This document shows, piece by piece, positions 59,438-64,000 of a DNA stretch of 64,000 bases. This stretch comes from an uncultured delta proteobacterium (GTDB lineage: Bacteria > Desulfobacterota > Binatia > UBA9968). The notes under the pieces were generated by a model. The model had not been told where the DNA came from, made no database searches, and was given only the letters and a program-made list of their open reading frames with translations. Position numbers and translations under genes: made by a program. The stretch spans positions 32,001 through 96,000 of the forward strand of contig CAVWLW010000026.1 of assembly GCA_963755715.1 (NCBI GenBank), in the 5' to 3' direction. Positions within the stretch are counted from its first letter, which is position 1. Each line of letters opens with the position of its first letter.

Positions 59438-60550
59438 TTACGAAGAATGTGCCTCAGCCCTGCGCTGCTCGATCGAATAGCGTACCAAGGCGGCGTAGCG
59501 GTAAACGACGTGGGCGAACTTTCCATAGGGCAGCGTAATGAATAGTCCCGCGACGATACCTAAGTGAATGACCAAAAGCGTTCCCATCGCCGCGGTTTCG
59601 CGGAACACGAGCAGCACAAGACCGGTGAAGCTGGTGAGAAACAGCAGCACGAGAAATGCTACGTCCATGTTCAACATGCTTGCATCCGCCGGTGCGCGAT
59701 CGCTTTTCCACTTTAAGTAAAGCAGGCCCACGGTGCCGATCAGTAAACCGACGCCGCCGACGGTGCCGAGAACGACCGGCGCGCTAAAATACGGATACGG
59801 CGCCTGCCAATCAAGAAAGTGATCGTAAAACGCCGCGATGCTGGTAGCGGCGAAGTCGAGCAGAAAGCCGTAGAAGACCAGATGGTGGTACCACATTCGC
59901 GCGCGTGAAAAATTTTCCGCGGGGTAATTGCAGCCGGCGCCGCCGCCTTTCATATAGGCGAGGCCGAAAGCGTCTTTGGTCGCGCGCCACAGAGCGGCGG
60001 GATCGATTAGCGCAGAAATTGGTCCCTGAGTTTCGCGCCAAAAGCGGACCGCGCCGATGATGAAAACCGTCAAACCATAGAGCGCGATCAGCGACGGTGG
60101 CACGGTCATGGCGACAAACGGCACGACGCGGTAAAACGTCCCTTCTCCGAGATGGGTAGCGAATAGAACATTAGGGCCTTGGAACAAAAGTACGAGCGCG
60201 AGAATAATGATTATCGACGCGACGGTAATCGCACTCACCGCCAACACGTTGCGTTTGAACAGAACCGAAAGAAGCGCCGGCCAGGTGAACTCCCGATAAG
60301 TATCGGCGCGCAGCTCGGACATGAGTTTCGGAATATTGACGCCGAACTCATGCGGCGGCGCGTACTGGCAGGCGTAATAACAGTCGCGGCAGTCGAAACA
60401 GAGATTCGCTAGATAGGTCAGATCGGCTTTGGTAAAAACGCGGCGCTGTTCCATCGCCGGAAAAACCGCGCAGTATCCTTCGCAGTAACGGCAAGCATTG
60501 CAGATCGTCATCTGCCGCGCGCCGTCCTTTACCAGATCAAAATCCGGCAC
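59438..60550 (-). CDS. tcuB: Tricarballylate utilization 4Fe-4S membrane protein
   Basis: CNACRYCEGYCAVF, CFDCRDCYYACQYAPPHEF, PYGKFAH. Confidence 0.92.
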   Translation of the reverse strand: MPDFDLVKDGARQMTICNACRYCEGYCAVFPAMEQRRVFTKADLTYLANLCFDCRDCYYACQYAPPHEFGVNIPKLMSELRADTYREFTWPALLSVLFKRNVLAVSAITVASIIIILALVLLFQGPNVLFATHLGEGTFYRVVPFVAMTVPPSLIALYGLTVFIIGAVRFWRETQGPISALIDPAALWRATKDAFGLAYMKGGGAGCNYPAENFSRARMWYHHLVFYGFLLDFAATSIAAFYDHFLDWQAPYPYFSAPVVLGTVGGVGLLIGTVGLLYLKWKSDRAPADASMLNMDVAFLVLLFLTSFTGLVLLVFRETAAMGTLLVIHLGIVAGLFITLPYGKFAHVVYRYAALVRYSIEQRRAEAHSS

Positions 60551-61934
60551 GGCGCGCCGCCTCCCGCCCGGCGATTCTTCCGAATACGGAACCGATGGTT
60601 AAACCAAACCCTGCGAGATAACCTTGCCCGAGAATATTTCCAGCCATCACTTCACCCGCTGCGAAAACATTTTTTGCCGGCCGATCGTCTTGCATGATCA
60701 CTTGCGCCTGCTCGTTCACGGTAACTCCTAGATAAGTAAACGTGATCCCCGGCCGCAGCGGATAGCCGTAGTACGGCGGCGTATCGATCGGCCGGGCCCA
60801 ATGGCTTTTCGGTAGATCAAGGTCTTCCGTGTGGCACTCGTCTAGACTACCCGGATCGAATTTACCGCCACGCACCGAGCGATTGAATTTTTCGACGACG
60901 CCTGAAAGCGCATTCGGATCGATTTCAAACGCTTTGGCAAGCTCTGCAATCGAGCCGGCTTCGACCGGCGGAAATACCGACGGCATGAAGTGCGGCAATC
61001 CTTTGGAGTCGATGATCGAGTAAGCGATCTGCTCCGGTTGTTCGGCGATGAGTCTTCCCCAAATCGCATAGCGCTTGGGCCAAAAATCCTCGCCCTCGTC
61101 GTAGAACCGCTTCACATGTTTGTTGACGACAATTCCGAACGGCACGCTGTCCAGCCGGGTCACGATGCCGCCGTCGAATTTCGGCGCGCGCGCGTCCAGC
61201 GCGACGGCGTGACAGCCGCGCGGGTCGCCCTCCGGCTTGGCGCCGTGCCTGAGCAACTCCTTCAGCATGCCGCCCTGATTGTGCGGCGTGCCGCGGATGA
61301 TGAAATTGTCCGCGGCGTCGCCCCAGTATTCTTTCAGCCAGGGAATGTTCGCTTCGAAGCCGCCGCTGGCGACGACGAGAGCCTTCGCCGCGTACTCATT
61401 TGACCCGCCATTCCGACTCGCCACGGCAGAGGCAAACTGGCCGTCGGTCATTTTCAATTCACGCACCTCGGTTTCGTAGGCGATCTCCACGCCGAGCTTC
61501 GTTGCCGTAGCATAGTACGCATTCATCATCGCCTTGCCGCCGCCGAGCATGAAGAGATTGCTGCGCGTGAGATGCAGCGTGCCGCGCAGCGGCTTCTGCC
61601 AGCGCACGCCGTTGGCCGGCATCCAATCGCCCAGCGTTTCAGATTCGCGAATGGTCAAACGGGCCAAACGCTCGTTGGTCGCGCCGCCGGTGACACCGAG
61701 AAGATCCCGCCAAAACTCTTCTTCGCCGTAAGCGCCGGTGACGAACCCCGTCGCCGCCTTGTGCATGTAGCGAATGTCCCGTGTGTGGCGGCTATTGCCG
61801 CCGCGAAAGTCTTTCGTCGCGCATTCGAGCACGAGCACGGTCGCGCCGGCGCGCCGCGCCGTGATCGCCGCGCACAGCGCCGCATTGCCGCCGCCGGCGA
61901 TGAGAACATCGTATTGGGATGTTTGTGCTATCAT
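60537..61934 (-). CDS. tcuA: FAD-dependent tricarballylate dehydrogenase
   Basis: GGGNAALCAA, RGGNSRHTR, FDGGIVTRLD, WPKRYAIWG, PGITFTYLG; overlaps tcuB. Confidence 0.92.
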   Translation of the reverse strand: MIAQTSQYDVLIAGGGNAALCAAITARRAGATVLVLECATKDFRGGNSRHTRDIRYMHKAATGFVTGAYGEEEFWRDLLGVTGGATNERLARLTIRESETLGDWMPANGVRWQKPLRGTLHLTRSNLFMLGGGKAMMNAYYATATKLGVEIAYETEVRELKMTDGQFASAVASRNGGSNEYAAKALVVASGGFEANIPWLKEYWGDAADNFIIRGTPHNQGGMLKELLRHGAKPEGDPRGCHAVALDARAPKFDGGIVTRLDSVPFGIVVNKHVKRFYDEGEDFWPKRYAIWGRLIAEQPEQIAYSIIDSKGLPHFMPSVFPPVEAGSIAELAKAFEIDPNALSGVVEKFNRSVRGGKFDPGSLDECHTEDLDLPKSHWARPIDTPPYYGYPLRPGITFTYLGVTVNEQAQVIMQDDRPAKNVFAAGEVMAGNILGQGYLAGFGLTIGSVFGRIAGREAARRAGF

Positions 61935-61946
61935 TAAGAAAACATT

Positions 61947-62028
61947 TTCACCACGAAGGTCACGAAGAGCACGAAGTTAAAGCAATAATCGCTCGGATCC
62001 TTCGTGACCTTCGTGTTCTTCGTGATGA
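61947..62028. repeat. (CACGAAG)3 palindromic element, copy 6
   Basis: TCACCACGAAGGTCACGAAGAGCACGAAG...CTTCGTGACCTTCGTGTTCTTCGTGATGA. Confidence 0.9.
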
Positions 62029-62171
62029 GATCATATAACGCACTCAACGGCGAATTCACAATTGGAATCGATTCGCGTTGATCAAGCCCGCGACTCCGCG
62101 CGCAACCTTTGACTTCACGCCGCGATTCAAGCTATGCAGCTTCCGTGGTTCGAAACGAAGGAGAGCTCAAG

Positions 62172-63287
62172 ATGACGCCAATGTCATGTCTCAATGTGAT
62201 TTATTCGTTCCTCATCGCAACCGTGGTTCTCGTCAACGGGATTCACGCAGCCGATGCGCCGGATGAATGGAAAAAGGTCATCGAAGCGGCCAAGAAGGAA
62301 GGCAAGATCGTCGCCGGCGGGCCGCCCACTGCGGTGTTGCGCAAGCAGTTCAAAGAAACCTTCGAGAATCGCTTCGGCATCGAGCTGGAACTGCTGTCCG
62401 CGCAGGGAGCGCAGAACGCCCAAAGAGCGATGTCCGAATTCAAAGCCGGTGTGAAATACTTCGACGTGCTGCACGGCGGCTCGGGTACGATCGAACCACT
62501 CAAGTACGAGAACATGCTCGCGCCGTTCATGGATTTCGTCATTCTTCCCGAGGTCAAAGATCCCAAGCAATGGTGGGGCGGTCACATGTGGGAAGACAAT
62601 GTGAAAACCAACCGCTTCATTTATTCTTTCTCGGCGGATTTCTCGGTGCCGCCCTTTTACAACACGACTTTAATCAAGCCCGACGAGATTACTTCCTTCG
62701 ACGATTTTTTGCAGCCGAAATGGAAAGGCAAGATCGGCATGTTCGAGCCGCGCATTCCGAGCGCCGGTCAAGGGCTCTGGGGCTACTTGATGCGCGCCAA
62801 AGGAAAAGAGTTCTTGCAAAGGCTCGCCGAGCAAAATCTTTTTATCCATCGTGACGGCCAGCAAATCGCCGTCGGCTTGGCGAAGGGTAATCTTGCCGTC
62901 GCGCTCGGGCTGGCGCAGCGCTTCGTCGACCCGTACATCAAAGGCGGCTTGCCGATCAAGACGCTGACTTCGATCAAGGAACGTATGGGCGGCAGCAACG
63001 GCTTTGGCGCCGTCGCGATCATGGCGAACGCGCCGCATCCCAACGCGACCAAAGTCTACATCAACTGGCTCCTCGGCAAGGAAGGCCAAGAGCTCTATGG
63101 CCGCGCTTTGACCCAAGGCAGCCGCCGGCTGGACGTCGACACCAAATGGCTGGCGCGCTTCAATACGCCGGCGGCGAAGGACATGACCACGCCGGAAGAG
63201 TTCGAAAAAATTCGCTTCTACGGCGAGGACGTAATCATTAACTGGCGCGAACCCGCCGGCGAGTTTGCCAGGAAGATTCTCAAATAA
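62172..63287 (+). CDS. Fe3+/thiamine-type extracellular SBP (paralog of 32660-33877)
   Basis: W..VIEAAKKEG, PKWKGKI, APHPNA.KVYINWLL.KEGQ. Confidence 0.87.
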   Translation: MTPMSCLNVIYSFLIATVVLVNGIHAADAPDEWKKVIEAAKKEGKIVAGGPPTAVLRKQFKETFENRFGIELELLSAQGAQNAQRAMSEFKAGVKYFDVLHGGSGTIEPLKYENMLAPFMDFVILPEVKDPKQWWGGHMWEDNVKTNRFIYSFSADFSVPPFYNTTLIKPDEITSFDDFLQPKWKGKIGMFEPRIPSAGQGLWGYLMRAKGKEFLQRLAEQNLFIHRDGQQIAVGLAKGNLAVALGLAQRFVDPYIKGGLPIKTLTSIKERMGGSNGFGAVAIMANAPHPNATKVYINWLLGKEGQELYGRALTQGSRRLDVDTKWLARFNTPAAKDMTTPEEFEKIRFYGEDVIINWREPAGEFARKILK

Positions 63288-63346
63288 CGGAACGGCGCAT
63301 ACGGCGCACCACACGACACACCGACAACTTTGCCAAAAAGTCCAAC

Positions 63347-63474
63347 GCAGGCTGCTCAAAAAGATCCAGAGGCGAGACGCGCGATGAATCGACGAGCGAA
63401 GACGTACATCGGCAGTACGTTGACGCGAGGCGATTGAGCGCAACGAAGCATATGGGTCTTTTTCAGCAGCCTGC
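63347..63474. mobile_element. 128-bp MITE-like element
   Basis: Terminal inverted repeats GCAGGCTGCTCAAAAAGA / TCTTTTTCAGCAGCCTGC; no ORF. Confidence 0.7.
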
Positions 63475-63525
63475 CAGTATTGCCTCTCGTCTGCTGCTTG
63501 TTATCCTCTTCGAAGGAGCACACTG

Positions 63526-64000
63526 ATGCGCTACGAACTTTATTACTGGCCATCGATCCAAGGTCGCGGCGAATTTGTTCGGCTCGCGCTCGAAGACGCG
63601 GGCGCGGACTATGTCGACGTGGCACGCCGTTCGAAAGGAATGGCCGCGATGATGCGCTTCATGGAAAGCAGCGCCATCGAACGCCCGCCCTTCGCGCCGC
63701 CTTTCCTCAAAGCCGGCAAGCTCGTGATCGCGCAGACGGCAAATATTTTATTTTATCTCGGCCCACGCCTCGATCTCGCGCCGAAAAGTGAACCTAGCCG
63801 CCTCTGGGCGCATCAATTGCAGCTCACGATCGCCGATTGGGTCGCCGAAGCGCACGACACGCATCATCCGATCTCAGGGGGCCTTTATTATGAAGATCAA
63901 AAGGCCGAAGCCAAGCGCCGCGCCGCCGATTTCACCGCGGAGCGCATGCCTAAGTTTTTCGACTATTTCGAGCGAATACTGAAGCGCCATCGGAAAGGAA
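63526..64000 (+). CDS. Glutathione S-transferase (partial, runs off window)
   Basis: MRYELYYWPSIQGRGEFVRLALE.AG.DY, PPFAPPFL, AQTANIL.YL; RBS AAGGAG. Confidence 0.88.
   Translation, partial: MRYELYYWPSIQGRGEFVRLALEDAGADYVDVARRSKGMAAMMRFMESSAIERPPFAPPFLKAGKLVIAQTANILFYLGPRLDLAPKSEPSRLWAHQLQLTIADWVAEAHDTHHPISGGLYYEDQKAEAKRRAADFTAERMPKFFDYFERILKRHRKG

Noticed and set aside
1-64000. tRNA, rRNA, integrase, prophage or defence genes other than hicAB
   Set aside because: No recognisable sequence or motifs in the window.

Overview
GC-rich bacterial chromosomal segment dominated by small-molecule uptake and catabolism. It holds about 14 solute-binding proteins (nine NMT1/SsuA-like, mostly orphan), three ABC systems, five amidohydrolase_2 enzymes, an acyl-CoA ligase, two crotonases (one hydroxycinnamoyl-CoA hydratase/lyase-like), an O-methyltransferase, a core methionine synthase, tcuAB, three LysR regulators and hicAB. 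This mix resembles Candidatus Binatia/Binatota genomes (inference only). No rRNA, tRNA, CRISPR array or integrase gene was seen. The non-coding DNA is the most interesting part. (1) Integron attC sites define a two-cassette array (198-2268) abutting a truncated RAYT transposase, and a separate solo cassette (58154-59125). Both start after the same AATAG|TT junction and no intI is present. (2) At least seven unrelated palindromic repeat families occupy nearly every intergenic gap of two operons. They include six copies of a (CACGAAG)3 hairpin, two with a GTAG REP nested in the loop. (3) Diverged gene-end and promoter duplications mark swapped modules. (4) A 26-bp operator-like motif occurs three times around a LysR gene. 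About ten genes are frameshifted, several at homopolymers, so sequencing error is likely for many. hicA is instead broken by an exact 8-bp duplication.
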